NCBI RefSeq assembly: GCF_026571515.1
Contig: NW_026861745.1
Coordinates: forward strand, 1-64,000
Length of the DNA: 64,000 nucleotides
From: Ruditapes philippinarum
Taxonomy: Eukaryota
Reading direction: 5' to 3'
Notes under the pieces: generated by a model
The model's database searches: none
What the model saw: only the letters and a program-made list of their open reading frames with translations
Told to the model about the DNA's origin: nothing
Shown: piece after piece, positions 1 to 13,693 of the stretch
How positions within the stretch are numbered: the first letter of the stretch is position 1
Layout of the letters: every line of letters begins with the position of its first letter
Position numbers and translations under genes: made by a program

Positions 1-735
1 CCCTTATCCCAACAACCCCAAAATAATCTTTACTTATAATACAACCTACCCAGGACTAATAAAACTTAATTTTTAAACACAATAAAATACATCAATTTAA
101 ACCATATTACTCTTTTAAAATTTAATTGTTTTACTTTAATACGTGTACAAAATCTCATTGATTTTCGTTGAGTAGTTTTTAAATTATAATGAAAGTCCAC
201 GTTTTTTTATTCACCCTCATACAAATAATTGATTAAGCTTTAAGTAACACCAAAATTGTAAAGGAAATATATTGGTTTCCAAGCTTTATTAGTTTAAGTT
301 ACACCTTGCACGAAGGTCACCTTCATGCAAAAAAGGACTCACAAGATGAACATGAGCTTTAAGTAACACCAACAATGTAAAGGAAATATGGCAGTATCCC
401 AACAAGGATGTAAATGTCCCCTCCATGCAGAAATGGGCTCACAAGTAAAACAACTAATCTTCTGTAAGCCAACTGGTGGGACTTACAGTTAAGTAGTAAG
501 AGTTTCAAAGCCTGCAACCCTAACTACTCAGCCACAGAGGCCAATATAACCAAAAGCAAGAAACTTAACAATCTTTGCTCAGTTCTGTTTGGTTCCGGCA
601 ACAGACTCAACAATGTGTTTATTAGCATATACCTTCCTATACAATTAAACTAAAATAAAACAATTTTCTTGAACTTACTATATTTATCATATAAAAATAT
701 TATGCAAAAGAAAATGAAAAGAAGCTTTGACATAC

Positions 736-3700
736 TTGTGACTTTCTTGTAGCATACTGGACAATTCCTGGAGCTGTTTAAACTGCTTTACCTGGAATTG
801 TTGTTTCTCTATCTCCCTCTTTAACTTTTCATTTTGATTACGTAATTCATCTAAAATACAAATCATGATAAAATCTTTTAATACTTTATTATTTTCACAC
901 ATTTGAAATTATACTATAACCATTATTTTATTGCAATCAATAGTATTGCGAAATTGCAGTGTTGGTATAGTCTTATTCATGCTATAGTATATTCCTGTTT
1001 GAATTTTAATAGCCAATTATGAAAGGGACACCAGTGAGATTTTTAGACATGACAGGACTGGAAATAATTTTTTGAGATTAATGTTCCAAAATTTTATGAC
1101 AAAACTTGTGTGCAAAAAATTTTTACCCGTTAAAAGTTTTTGTGTCTACATTTGACTAAAAAAGGGATCATGTATTGATGCCCGTGTCTGTCAAAAAACC
1201 CATATATGATAAAAACAATTTTTTTAACCCCACATGCTAAATTAAAATGGATATGTAAATTTTTCAATTTTTTGGGAAAAAAAATTTTCATTTTTGGAAG
1301 TTTCAAATATGCTTTTAAATTAAATAGTCAAAATCAGACCATGATAGAAGCAAGAAAAAACAGTGTTTATAAACCCCTGTTTTCAAAAGGGGGAAATTTT
1401 ATATCTGTCAGTTGCCTAAAGTTTAAGTTTTTCTATTCCATAATCCTATATCATTTACTGTTGAATTAAACATGGTCTTACCTAGCTGTGTTTGATTTAA
1501 GTTTGTGGTGTTACCATAGGAGTCTTGATTCTGTACTTTCTGTTGTAATCTTTTATTTTCAGCAGCATATGACTGAATTTTATCTTTCAACATCTCCTGA
1601 AATAGTTAAAGTATAAACAAGTTAGATTACAATTCAATCTACAGATAAGCATACGTATTACATATGATATTACTGAACCATTCTTTAAGTAGGTGTTACT
1701 GAATGAGTATTAATTTTAATACTCAATTTATTAAATAAAATCATATTATGCGAGCTTTTGGAAAATAATAATAAAGGTTTTCAGCTAAGAGTAATTTTTC
1801 ATTGACCCACCTATAGTGTAACGCTAACATTATATCGCGCCTTTACGCTATGTTTCTATATAACACAAATGATGTCACATTAATAAAGTGTTGTTACACT
1901 AGTGTTATATTGTTTATTACACTCATGGCCATGGCTTCAGGATAATATGATCTATACTCCATTCTTAATAGTATGCACACATCAGTACTGTTTTATGGAT
2001 ATTGCGTTTCAATAGAACATGTATCTGTTAAAGTAATGAGCGCATGATAGAGTTTGGTTTCAAGGCAATTGACCATAAAAGGTCATACAAGATTATAACA
2101 TAAATGAGTTAAGTATTCACCTTAAGTTAAGTATAAAGTATTTGTTTGCCTCAAACAATATACTTTAAGTTAACATATTCATACTTGATAAAACCTAAAA
2201 TCTATTTAACAAAATCTCTAAGTATTAACTTCCAGACTTACAACATCAGTGAAAGCTTTCTGTAACGATGCTTTCAAATGTGCCTCAGTTGCCATGTTAT
2301 CTTCGAGACTGGATTTTGTCAAGTCCTCATTGCGTCGTAATCGCTTATTTTCTTTACGTATTTCAGCCAGCTCATCTTTTAACTGTTTTACTTCAAGTTT
2401 ACTCGTGTCTTCAGCCTGTGATCTAAAATAGTCATCTACAGCTCCATATGCTAATGCTGAAATATATGAATGTTTTAATGTTACATTATGCCCATCCAAG
2501 CATAAATAGTGGGTGCACAGGTCAAAGTCAAAATAACTTTAGATTTTCCCTTAATTGTTTTTAATTTTACAGTCCAGTTCATGTGTGTAATTAATATTAA
2601 ATAGCCTACCTGACTCACAGAAAATGCTATAGTCATCCTTCAAAATGTATCATAATTCATTAATGTTCAAGTGACAAAGAAGAGTCTTTTAATATTTTAT
2701 GCAGTTGTTATATTTCTATCCTACATATCTTTCATTATCAATTATAAGTCAATGAACATTGAAAAGTCAATCTTTTTAATATCTACCAATTCAGCTCAAC
2801 TTGACAATAAAAAAGATATAAGCATAATGTTACTGTAACTTGTTCAGTTTCCTATTATGAATTTGGAACACGCCATTCAAAATTTATTGGATTTCAATAT
2901 GGAAACACGAAAAAAATAAGCAACAAATATAGAGCCTTTACTTTCCAGTTAACTCCAGCTTGACACTGCATATCAAGCTATTTTTCTGTATAAGAAGACA
3001 TGGTTCCAATTTGAGAATTAAATCTTTCATGATAAATGGGTAAAAATTTCAAACTTCTGTAAATAAAACAATGTTCAAATTCTACCATACCTTTAAATTT
3101 ATTATTTTTGTGTAAAGATTTGGATCCGTTCCAGTATCGATCAACCAAGTCTAGTATCTGGAAGAGGAACAATCTAGATTCTGGGTTCTCAGATTTTAAA
3201 GGCACATTTTTAGTACTGGCTGAAAGTTCTTCAGGAGCCTTTCTTTGTACTGGCTGCTCACTTTCTTCATATTTCTCTGCTCTTGGTTGATCATAACTGT
3301 CTTTCTGAAAGATAATATAAGAGATAAATTGAACACTGAATATTTTTCTGCACTTCACCTGGTATTGGGTTCAACACATTTCATGTTCATTTTGTGAGGG
3401 GCTTTTCTGGGAGAGTTGAGAGTTCATAATTTATTATGTACATGGTGATATTAAATATAATTTATTAACACAGCCATCTAACATATTACATTTTTGAAAA
3501 CAGGTATGGAAGAAGAAAAGCTATAGTCCAATGCTAATATTTTGTCTTTCTTGCAATACTATAAATAGTAACATTGTAAATAAAGTTAATAAACTAACCC
3601 TACTCCTACTATATGACTGCCTTTGTCCTGGCTCCACGTCTAAATCCTCGTCAGGGTCAGCACCTCTGGTTCTCTCTAGCTGTATCCTGGAGGGAGGTGC

Positions 3701-6700
3701 TGGGTACGAGTCTCTCTCAGCCATAATAAAACTGGCACCATTATCTTCAACATCATCAGCTATTCATTTAACCAAAACAAATCAATATGTTTGTACACAT
3801 TTTTAGATTACATAATTAAATGGTTATTTTAACTATACTTTTTTAGCTTGATTGTGATATTAGCTTAGAGTTTATTCAACTTAATCACATTAACTGCCCT
3901 AAATAGGCTTGTCCACCTTAAAATCTCTCAAAACCATTCATCATTTTAAAAAAAGAACAGAATGAAGAGTTAACAGTGCGGACCATGATCTTGGTCCGCA
4001 GTCATCAATAAGGTAGTTTCAGTTGTAGCAAGCAGACTTAGGTTTAAACTTATATCGTCAAGTCTGTTTTCTGGAAATTACCAGTTCTGTTTCCATATAA
4101 AGAAACAGGGTTATGACCTTTTTATGGCTTCAAGTAATGATCACCCAGTTGAGTATCAGACAACTGAACAATATGACCACATTAAACCAAGTGGTTAACA
4201 ATTTTTACATCAAATCATAATTATGCTCTTTACTTCTACAGATTCAAATTTCTATACCAATTTACTGGAAACTTAGTGAAATTAACTTGGTTTTATTTCC
4301 AGTCTGACAATGCTCCTAGAGTCATAGGTTATAAACATGGTAAGTCACTCACCTGTTTCAGGGTTTGGAGTAAAGAATCCATGACTTTTGAATTTATTAT
4401 AAGCATCTGCCTCATCATCAAACTCTAGGTTAGGATCTCTGTTCCTGGCTGGACCATCATTATCTGAGGGTGGGAACAATTCAACATCAGGTATATTTGG
4501 GTACTTTTTCTTATAAGCTGCTATAACATCATCCATCTCTGTTGGTACTTTATTCTTCTTTGGCTGAAACTGTTGGTAGTTTTATCATATAAATTGGTCT
4601 TTAACTATAATATAATCTACAAAAGCCAGAGGAGTTGAGTTGGATGCTACACCAGAGTCCTTTATCAGAACCGTTAAGTTTTATTGCTTGTAACCAAACA
4701 CTGCATTAAACATACGCAACAAATGACATAATTATATCTAAATGATATACATTGATGTCACTAGTGCTTTTAAACTTGAATGAAAAGACACCTAAACTGA
4801 GAAAAGTGATGGTCCTTAAAAAAACCATGTGGAGGTCCTATGCGCAAACTTATCCACAACATTATCACGAAAATCAAGTATTGCTACATTTTATCTCTTC
4901 ACAAAAGTTAACACAATTAAAACAAACAATATCACACTATACTCACAATCAAATGATAAATCAGGAAAATTTTATTATGTACTTTTAAAAACATTTGCTA
5001 TCTTTTACGACTACTTTTAGTATGTATCAAAAATAATCTGCATTAAAAAAGCAAAAATATTAATAATTTTTAGAAGAACATATGGCTGACTATTATGATA
5101 AGAGTATAATAAAACCATGCAACAATAAATTGTTACAGAGAAACCTGATGGGATAAACTTACCCGTTGTTCCGGTAAATCATCCGGCTGACGGGAAAGCT
5201 TCTTCAGACCTGAAAATATTTAACACATTTAAAGTCAATGTACATTATATATAGGGATGGCAACGAATACCAAAATTAATACTCGAGTACTCGGTCATTT
5301 TTCCGATCGAGTACTCGGTTACTCGGACGATTTCCAATGATCTTCAAAGATTATCACACATTTATCAACACCGTCCGTATGCTACTTTCGTTTTCTATTT
5401 ACATTCATAGAATTCGTAACTATAGATAGGACTGCAAAGGAGACAAATTAACTAAAATTAAATCAACGACATTATACTTAGCTTTAGAACATTTTAATTA
5501 ATGAAATATCAGGTTTAAAACATGTTAAGCAGTTGAAACATCTTTTTCTTCTTGTAATAAAATAGACTGATCGGCGGCAACAAAAGTTTAACCGGGACTA
5601 AATACTACCTTAATTATCATATCATAATAGCAATACGGCCCTTTGTTGTTTTCAAAAATGTTACCTTAAAACAAGATTCTGGTACAAACTGCATTGTGTT
5701 ACACAATTAAAGGTTACTTAATATCATAAGAGGCCGGATGACGTAAGCGACACATGTGCGCGTGTCAAACTGTTGATCGCCTCATTAAATTTATGGTATC
5801 ATTTTCGCACCTCTGCAAGGAAGTTGTGATTGCATTTAACAGGTATTTATGAAGGTATATGCACATCTCCGAATTTTTGAACTAATTGGATACACCAAAC
5901 TGTCTAAAAAGCAAATAAAATGGAAATTATACATTTTTTCCGAGTAATCGAATATCATTTTTGTTAACCGATATTCGGACGTTCGATCGAGTACTCGGTT
6001 AACCGGTTACTCGTTGCCATCCCTAATTATATATAATAAATACAATATGATAGAAAATACTACAATATAAAAATAAAAAAGTTGTTTTTTTACATTACAA
6101 ATTGAAATTGTTAAACATTTTGTGACAATTTCTACACTGTGAAAAGAATGGTGTCATCTAGTATGCACTTATTTTCATAACTTTTATAATTTTCAAATGG
6201 AGGATAAAAAATATATACATGAATGGCTATCATACATTAAGTTTAAGATAATACATAGTCAAAACATTTTGATGTGCCAAAGATAAATTTCTGGGATATT
6301 TTTGTTCTGGGTCAGAAACTTGCTTCTAGAGGGGAGATATTCCCCTTACACAAAATATCACAATGTCTCAAAGCATAGTACATTGGCACAATTACTTAGT
6401 TGGACTAAGATAATACAGACACTTACCAACAATGGAATAATCTTCTACAGAAGGTTCCTTCACATTAGACCCTGTCAATGGACGTGGTTTACTTAAATCA
6501 CCTCCGGTTCTAGCTATCAGATCTAGTATCTCAACATCATCATCATCTAAAACTGTATACATACAATCAAATAACTCACAAAATAACAAATTTAAAAACT
6601 GAAATTATACTTTTACAGTTTATATAGACTGCATCAAGGAAACACTTTGACAAAATCAAACATTACAAAATAAAGCAAGCAAAAAAACATTTGATTATTG

Positions 6701-9700
6701 ATAATATTTATATTTGATATATCCCTATGATGTATAATATTGAAATGACCTCTTTTTATATATATATATTCAGGGCCAAAAAAACCCTTCTTTGTAGAGG
6801 CCGAATATAGGCTGCTTCCCTTACCAAACTAGCCTCTTTTTTTCCCCAGTTTGGTCCTCAAAATTCCCCATTACAGTCTTTAGAAATTTCCCATAGAATT
6901 TAGAACAAAATTAAATGATGGTGTTGAATTTTAAAAAGGTCTTTTACTGCCTTATTAGTATTTCCCAGTGCTTTTTGCTTCTCTATTTTGAAAAACTTGT
7001 TAAAAGTTTGTGTTAAAATTTGAGACCCCTATCCCAAAGTATGCCAAAATCACGCATATTTTCCCCAAGAAAAAGGCTGAGGCCCCTTCCCCAAAAATGG
7101 TGTTTTGGCCCTGAATATTAGTAAATTATTATGCTGAACAATTAGGTAAGAATGAAACTAAAAACTGACAACACTGTTTTGCAGTGAGACTTTATCTTAG
7201 TATATATCTGATGTTATGTTATCTATATAAATGTAATAAGACTGTATAAACCGTTACTCTGATACTCTTTCCTCTGATACTCTTTCCTATATCATATATT
7301 CAAACAACAAACTTAGTTGAGTAATAAATGGTTTATTTTATCATACATGTAACAAAAAAAGGCTGAAAATTGCAAATATGGAGGCTTAATTTTACAGATG
7401 TCTTAAGTTTGAAATACCTCTTCCACTACCCATAGTTTTAACATGTTCTGCTCTAGGATTAGGGATTCTGGACGGAGGTTCCTCTCTGGTTGGGTGGTTT
7501 GTCATTTCAGTAGCTTGACTAGAACTGTAATGTATAAGAGCACCTTGTCTCTCCCTGTCCCGCACACTACGGTCATCTGTAAGTAATATAATAACATTTT
7601 AATAGTGTAAAAATGACTTTCAAAAATAATTATTTGAACATTGTCTAGCTTAACCATTTTTTGAAGTTGAATCATCAATGTCACTAAGAATGTTAACATT
7701 TCAGGAATGGCAAAATCAACTGTCCGTATTGCTGAAGTTGTCCCAAAGACTGTACAGACAAGTGGAAATTTTCAATAATTTACTATATAAATATTATATG
7801 AACAAGTTAAGAAATGCTTTAGATGAAAACAGACAAGTAACTAGAATTCAGATTTTGTTGACGCAGCATTTGGTCAGTGTAGACTCTGGTTCATTTAGGT
7901 AATACTGAACTTCAGAACTCTATCAGTAAGAGAAGTAGAACACAAAAGTAACACAGGTACAAGTTCAAGATGTCAGACAACTGCAAACCCTTAATTCAGC
8001 ATTATTGGTTTTATATAGAAAAAGCCTAAATTTAGATAAATGCTTGAAAACTTGTCTCTTTGCATGTAAAACCTTGGGGTACTAAAGACATATCTGTAGT
8101 AAAATATCCAAAAATGAGTGTATTTGGGAAACAGTAAAGTTAAATTGTTATAAAATACTATACCAAGTTTCTGCAAGTTAGGCAGCATGTGTATTAGATA
8201 CAGCCTATAATCTGTTTCTGTGCGAGTCACTGGGTTCAAACGCAGATCTAACTCCTTCAAATTGGGGTTGAACTTTAATTTCTTCAACTCATCTAATGTT
8301 TCTATGTTATTATAGTAACTGAATAATGAGTTAAGGACAAAACTTCAAATCTGCACAATAAGTTTCACTTTATAAGAATAAATAAATGTGAGACTATGAG
8401 TAAAGTACATGTAATTGTTTAAATATTGTTTTTGTTTTGCTTTTGTTTTCCTAATTGAAGTATTCAAGTATGAAAGTAAATGTAATTGCAACATTTTTAT
8501 GTGAAGATGACAATAACCCAAAACCAAATTCTATGACTAAATTTGTACCCAATTATAAAAGTTACAAATTCCTTCTTCAATATTTAATCTACAAATAAAT
8601 CCATATTGCAGTCAACAGTATTACAAATGATTCTCAAAGGACAGTATCAGGAAGGATTGATTTCATTCTGAATGCTTCATTAAAGAAATAAGAGTCCATG
8701 CTAAGACATCCAGAAATACAGCACTTCTTACTTGACATACCTTAACTTTTACCCTGATGAGACCGACTGATAAAACTGTTGTGTTAAGTCTTTGCCAGCA
8801 GTAAGGACCAAGCCAGTTTGCACATCCACAGTCTGCACTTTGACAAGGCTCATTGTACTGTTGGGTGACCAACTTCACATTTTCATCTTGATATTCCCAA
8901 AACAGAGAATTGTATTTAATAAGAACGCAGTAGGTCAATAAACTTAAATACAAGGGTTGTCCAAAAAATTCCTGCACTGCAGTTATTATTGTAAGAGTTA
9001 TTAATAAAAAGTTATCAATTATAATTTATCACTTGAAGCAGAAATCTGTCTCAAATAAGAAAACAAAAGAAAAATCTGTGTAACCGGCGTGTCATGAAAA
9101 AGAATCATCATACAGTTACCTTAGTAACGTAATACCAGCGCACGACAAAAAATTGGGTTAGTTCATTACTTTGATTGCATTAATTTTTGTTGCTTGTAAA
9201 GTGGTATTTGCTTTTTATGTCATAACTTGTTTTACTGCCAGTAGAGGAATGATTATTGCAAAGTATTTTGTAGTTTTTATTGTTGTTATGCAACCTACAT
9301 GTAACATATTCCACCAGTGCACGAATATATGGACAACCCTCGTCACATGTGCCGGCATTACGGACGGACGTCTGCCTGATCGGTTTTCATCGTCTACCGA
9401 CTCTCTCCATTCTACAGAGCGTTTGTGCCATTTATAAACCAGCCATCATGACAATGAACTGGTCCCCCCTGCCATTTTAAGTTCTTTGTAGGTATCTGTT
9501 GGTGTTTTACCAATGCTTGTGCAAAATTTAATGATCGTCCGTACTTCCAGACGTTTAGCTATTGACATTTTCATGTAATGACAGTATTGACAACCACACG
9601 GAAATATTTGTTTATGACCGTTACAATTGAGCAAATGTTATCATATTTTCGAGTGATGTCAGGAATACATACACACACTTTCCCCTGAATTTTAGCATTT

Positions 9701-12559
9701 ATATGTAGTATTTAAAGGATTGTGTGATGCATCAAATTAATGAACTAACCCAAATTTTTGTCGTGGGCCGGTATTACGTTACTATGGTAACTGTATGACG
9801 ATTCTTTTTTACGACACCGGTTACACAGCTTTTTCTTTTGTTTTCTTATTTGCGACAGTTTTTCCCTTCGAGTGATATATAATTCATGCCTTTTTATCAG
9901 AAACTCTCGCGACATAACTGTAGTGCACAAATTTTGTGGACAACCCTCGTAAATAGATTTTGTGTGGTTATTTAGTGTCATAATGACTAATTTAAATTTC
10001 AAAGGATACAGATTTAACTTCTCCAAAAGTTTTAAGTGTTCCAAGCCCTGAAAAATCAAGACAAAATTTCAATTAAAATAGAGATTTAAAATGAAGTTCT
10101 AAAATGAATTTCTCAATAGGATGACAAATACTAGTATATCACAGTCAATCTTTATTCAGTTAAAGAATGCTATATTTAATGTTTGCTGTAGTACTATCCA
10201 TTAATTCACAGGATTAAATGTTCGAACTCAAATGATTTTTCATTTATCTCTGATGGTCCCTTAAATATTAGTCAAATGAAATTAAACCTGGTCATCAAAA
10301 CATGTTACCTACCTGAAGGCTAGATATATTATTTCTAGAAAGATCGAGATGTTTCAGTCTGGAAAACTTTCGTAGAGATGAACCAAGGCTGACAACTTTC
10401 TCATGATATGTACCTGGCAGGGCCAATGATTTAACATCCTCTGAAATAAAAACAATGACAGTTGTGGGACAATAATTGTGCAATTAATCTGAAAATGATT
10501 CAGGAGGTAGAACTCATCAAGGTGCATCTATATACACAGTTTGAAGCTTCTTTGTCAATGCTTTTTAATCATTTTATTTTATGACTACTAGTTTTATACT
10601 TTGTCATAGGTTAAACTGCCACGAATCCAATATGACCCATGACCTTTTCAAAAGAAGGTAAAACTCATCAATGAATTTATTTTCAATGTAATATCTTCGA
10701 TGCTATAATTGAAGTTACATGTTTAAAGCCATAAACAAACATTTAATCAAATTTTCCCCGGTGAACACTGAACGTGCATGATGAGCACTTAAAATCCAGC
10801 TCTAGGTTTTCAAAATATACTAGAATGAAATTGTACACTGGCCCTAACTGACAGTACCAAATTGGTTAATTATTTACAATAGTTATTCAAACATCAGTTT
10901 AGAACCAAAGAAATGTAAATTTCATTATTTTCTGAGTGTCTGAAAAAATTAGGCTTTCAAATTCCATTTTAAATAAAAATATTTCCTGGCCAAATAATGT
11001 TAATCTTTTTAGAATTATTTTTGTCTAAATTATTCCAAACAAAGGAGGTTGTAATAGTGCCAGGACTATATTAGGGTCAGTTGCGACCAAAACTAAGTCC
11101 AGACCCAAAAAACACTGGTGACTTTGATATATAGTTTTGGTCACAACTGACCCTAATATGCGCTTACCTGTTCTATATTCGTCTTTTTATCAGTTTCCCG
11201 ATTGACAAAACTGTTAAAATGTCCTCATTTTTTAAATAAATTTCCCATAATTGTTATGACTTCCTCACACCAGCTCATAAATGTATTTGTTTTTAAAAGA
11301 AGATTTATTTACAATGACATATTTTATAAGGCTGGATTTCTATTAAATCAACAGTATTAACTCTCAGTGTTATCATTTGACAATTATTTTCATGTATCAT
11401 AATTATCTGGACATAAAATCTTTTTCTTATTGGTGATAACATCTTAATATTTTATTATATTTTCTTTTACAGATTGATAATAGATAACTTTGATTCTGGC
11501 CAATTCAATAATTTCTTCCTCAATATTTCCATCATTTTGTATGAACACCTTGATGAACTGAAATCTAATTGCAATAAAAAATGCCCTTTCACCCACACGT
11601 ACGTCTTATTGACTTCCCATGCAGTCATATGCATGCAATACCTCACATTGAAAATAATGTGATCCAAACTTCTGTCCGCAGACAAATACAGTTGGATTAC
11701 CCAGCATTTAACTGTTAAACCACAGTTTTCAAATATAACCTAATGGACTGGCTAATACTCTTTAATACTGTGTTATTTGTGTGAAAATTTAACTTCTCAT
11801 TTTAAAACCTGTTTTTTTTGTTACAATCAAGTCTTTACTATAATGTATCCAGATATTAAACTTTTGGGTTCTTTAACCATTTAAATTTCAAATCAGTTTT
11901 ATAAAAATATATTAAATTTCTGAACAAGTGCTAGGGTATTGAAATTCCAAAATTTGTCTGTTTTCATTTATTGAGTTTCATTATCACCTACTTTGGTAAA
12001 AGGATCACAAATTGTTTGAAGACAACCCAACTAATCTATTATAACAAATAAATATGTGCTTCAACTTCATAGGTTTGGCTTTAATAAATTTGCACATCAG
12101 TAATTTATGGCTATTTATCGCCACTGAATATCAATACACAGGATTATAGCCTTTCCTTACCAACAATTGGTCAACAAGTCTGGACTTGCATCTCTAACGA
12201 AATTTTAGGGAGGCCATTAGGTTTGCTACAAGATTATTCATTTTAGAAATTAACTAATGCATGCATTCAATAGAGAACACGAAATTTCAAATTAATTGAA
12301 AAATAATACATAACAACACGCACAACCAAAAAAAATAGGTACATTTTTTTGTGATTTTTTTCATGAAAAACCTGTCTAAAATCGTCTGTCAAAATTATTT
12401 TCATGATGAAATGCAAATAATCGAATAATAAAAATCTGGTGATGAATATTCAAAATAATTTGTGAAATGACTGCCAAAACAAATAAATACTTTACCTAAA
12501 TTATCATGCTGCAAGCCGACACGATTCCGTATCAAGTCCTCGGTGAGTGTCAGCGCCAT
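736..12559 (-). CDS. CEP72: Centrosomal protein 72 (N-terminal LRR/LRRcap, C-terminal coiled coil); multi-exon, 3' end lies beyond window start
   Basis: Exons joined by hand with GT-AG sites and matching phases: 12559-12496, 10440-10313, 10047-10010, 8318-8164, 7576-7418, 6552-6427, 5209-5163, 4563-4353, 3759-3599, 3304-3091, 2456-2230, 1596-1482, 850-736. Translation MALTLTEDLIRNRVGLQHDNLEDVKSLALPGTYHEKVVSLGSSLRKFSRLKHLDLSRNNISSLQGLEHLKLLEKLNLYYNNIETLDELKKLKFNPNLKELDLRLNPVTRTETDYRLYLIHMLPNLQKLDDRSVRDRER matches the CEP72/LRRC36 N-terminus as I recall it; C-terminal LQELSSMLQESHK matches the CEP72 coiled-coil end. Confidence 0.9.
5252..6025. mobile_element. hAT-family non-autonomous element (MITE) in a CEP72 intron
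   Basis: TIR TAGGGATGGCAACGA...TCGTTGCCATCCCTA (Ac-like terminus); perfect 8-bp TSD ATTATATA at 5244-5251 and 6026-6033; subterminal TACTCG repeats. Confidence 0.9.
6771..7113. mobile_element. hAT-like MITE
   Basis: TIR CAGGGCCAAAA...TTTTGGCCCTG; no clean TSD (left flank is a TA run). Confidence 0.55.
8319..10009 (-). other. U12-type (minor spliceosome) GT-AG intron, CEP72 intron 3
   Basis: 5' splice site GTATCCTTT (minus strand, 10009-10001); branch point TCCTTAAC (8337-8330) ending 9 nt before the AG; no polypyrimidine tract. Splicing here restores the conserved NLYYN reading. Confidence 0.9.
8951..9949 (-). mobile_element. Tc1/mariner deletion derivative with ~210-bp TIRs and a transposase N-terminal HTH remnant
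   Basis: TA TSDs (8949-8950, 9950-9951); termini CAAGGGTTGTCCA / TGGACAACCCTCG; long imperfect TIRs ~8951-9165 and ~9738-9949; minus-strand remnant RLEVRTIIKFCTSIGKTPTDTYKELK...LVYKWHKR...RESVDDENRSGR (mariner HTH, frameshifted) at ~9345-9575. Confidence 0.85.
11068..11159. repeat. Short fold-back / mini-MITE (28-bp inverted repeat)
   Basis: ATATTAGGGTCAGTTGCGACCAAAACTA ... TAGTTTTGGTCACAACTGACCCTAATAT (1 mismatch). Confidence 0.7.
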
Positions 12560-12562
12560 GTT

Positions 12563-12676
12563 TTCAAAACAAATTCGGACAGGTGCACTATCCGACAAAT
12601 GAAAGGTATTCCGAAGTCGGTATGGGTTGCACAACACTATTTCTGGCCAACACAACTAAATTATTTTTGGCGGGAA
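12563..12676 (-). promoter_or_regulatory. Putative CEP72 promoter with E2F-like site and CHR-like hexamer
   Basis: Locally CpG-richer; TTCCCGCCAAA (minus strand 12676-12666) is an E2F consensus; TTTGAA (12568-12563) lies just upstream of the ATG. Motif match only. Confidence 0.4.
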
Positions 12677-13693
12677 TCGTAGATTTATCTTGGATAATGC
12701 GCAACATGGTGATAATCTGCATTACCTTTGATAATCTGCTTATCTATTGTAATAAAATAATGCTTTGTTACTTAGAATGTGTTATTAATTAAGAAGACAG
12801 CAGATATAACTCTTATTTCTCACTTACATACTATGTAAATGTACCTGGATTATGCATAATCTGTAGAAACAAGATAGATCTAGCATAATCCATTTAGAAA
12901 TGCAGAAAAGTGTAGGTCCCTGGAGAGTAAAATCCCGAGTTTCGGACAATTTCAATAAAACTTTTACCCACCTTAATAATGATATACATCATTAGAAAAG
13001 GCAAAGTGTAAATCAAGAAAATTTAACCAGTGAAATAAGATTTCCAACCTAAGTCTTTCAGATATACAAACCGGTTTCATCTTGGCACATACATAAGTTT
13101 TGAAGCAATTAATTTTCAAATTATAGCATCTGAAATCTCTCAATTATAATCGATCACATGATATATATTGGGCATAATGTCATAATGTCTTTCACAAAAC
13201 ATACAATATAATGGACGTATAAATTAACTTCAAGCTTCTGTTCAAAACTAATACATTAGAACAACAAGGTGCAAAGCTGTTTGGTTTTAAACATTAGTGG
13301 TATCAATAAAGATGACAAAAACACTATGTCTGTTATAACAAAATTTATTATACTTATTTGTACATAATATATTATCATGTATCTATTTTTTCTCTTTTAA
13401 AGGCAAATACATTTTTTTCTACAACCACTTAATTATAATGTGCATGTATATTATTATATCAACAAACAATATTTTTCATGTTGTTATCAAGGTACAGTAA
13501 CTTCTTAAAATCAATACCAATCAATAGGGAACTATTTCATCATACATTATATTGTATCTTGTACTGTATTCTTACAAAGAACACAATCCTTGACACAGTT
13601 TATGCTGTAAAACTCTCAATTTGACTTGGTGCTTTGTCAATTAACAAAATGTGCACTGAAGCCGAAAAAAGTTATAAAGTATGCTTTAACATC

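Noticed and set aside
8750-8785. CTGATGAG...AAAC resembling a hammerhead ribozyme core
   Set aside because: No GAAA and no paired stem II (GACCGACTGATAAAAC); at best a decayed remnant.
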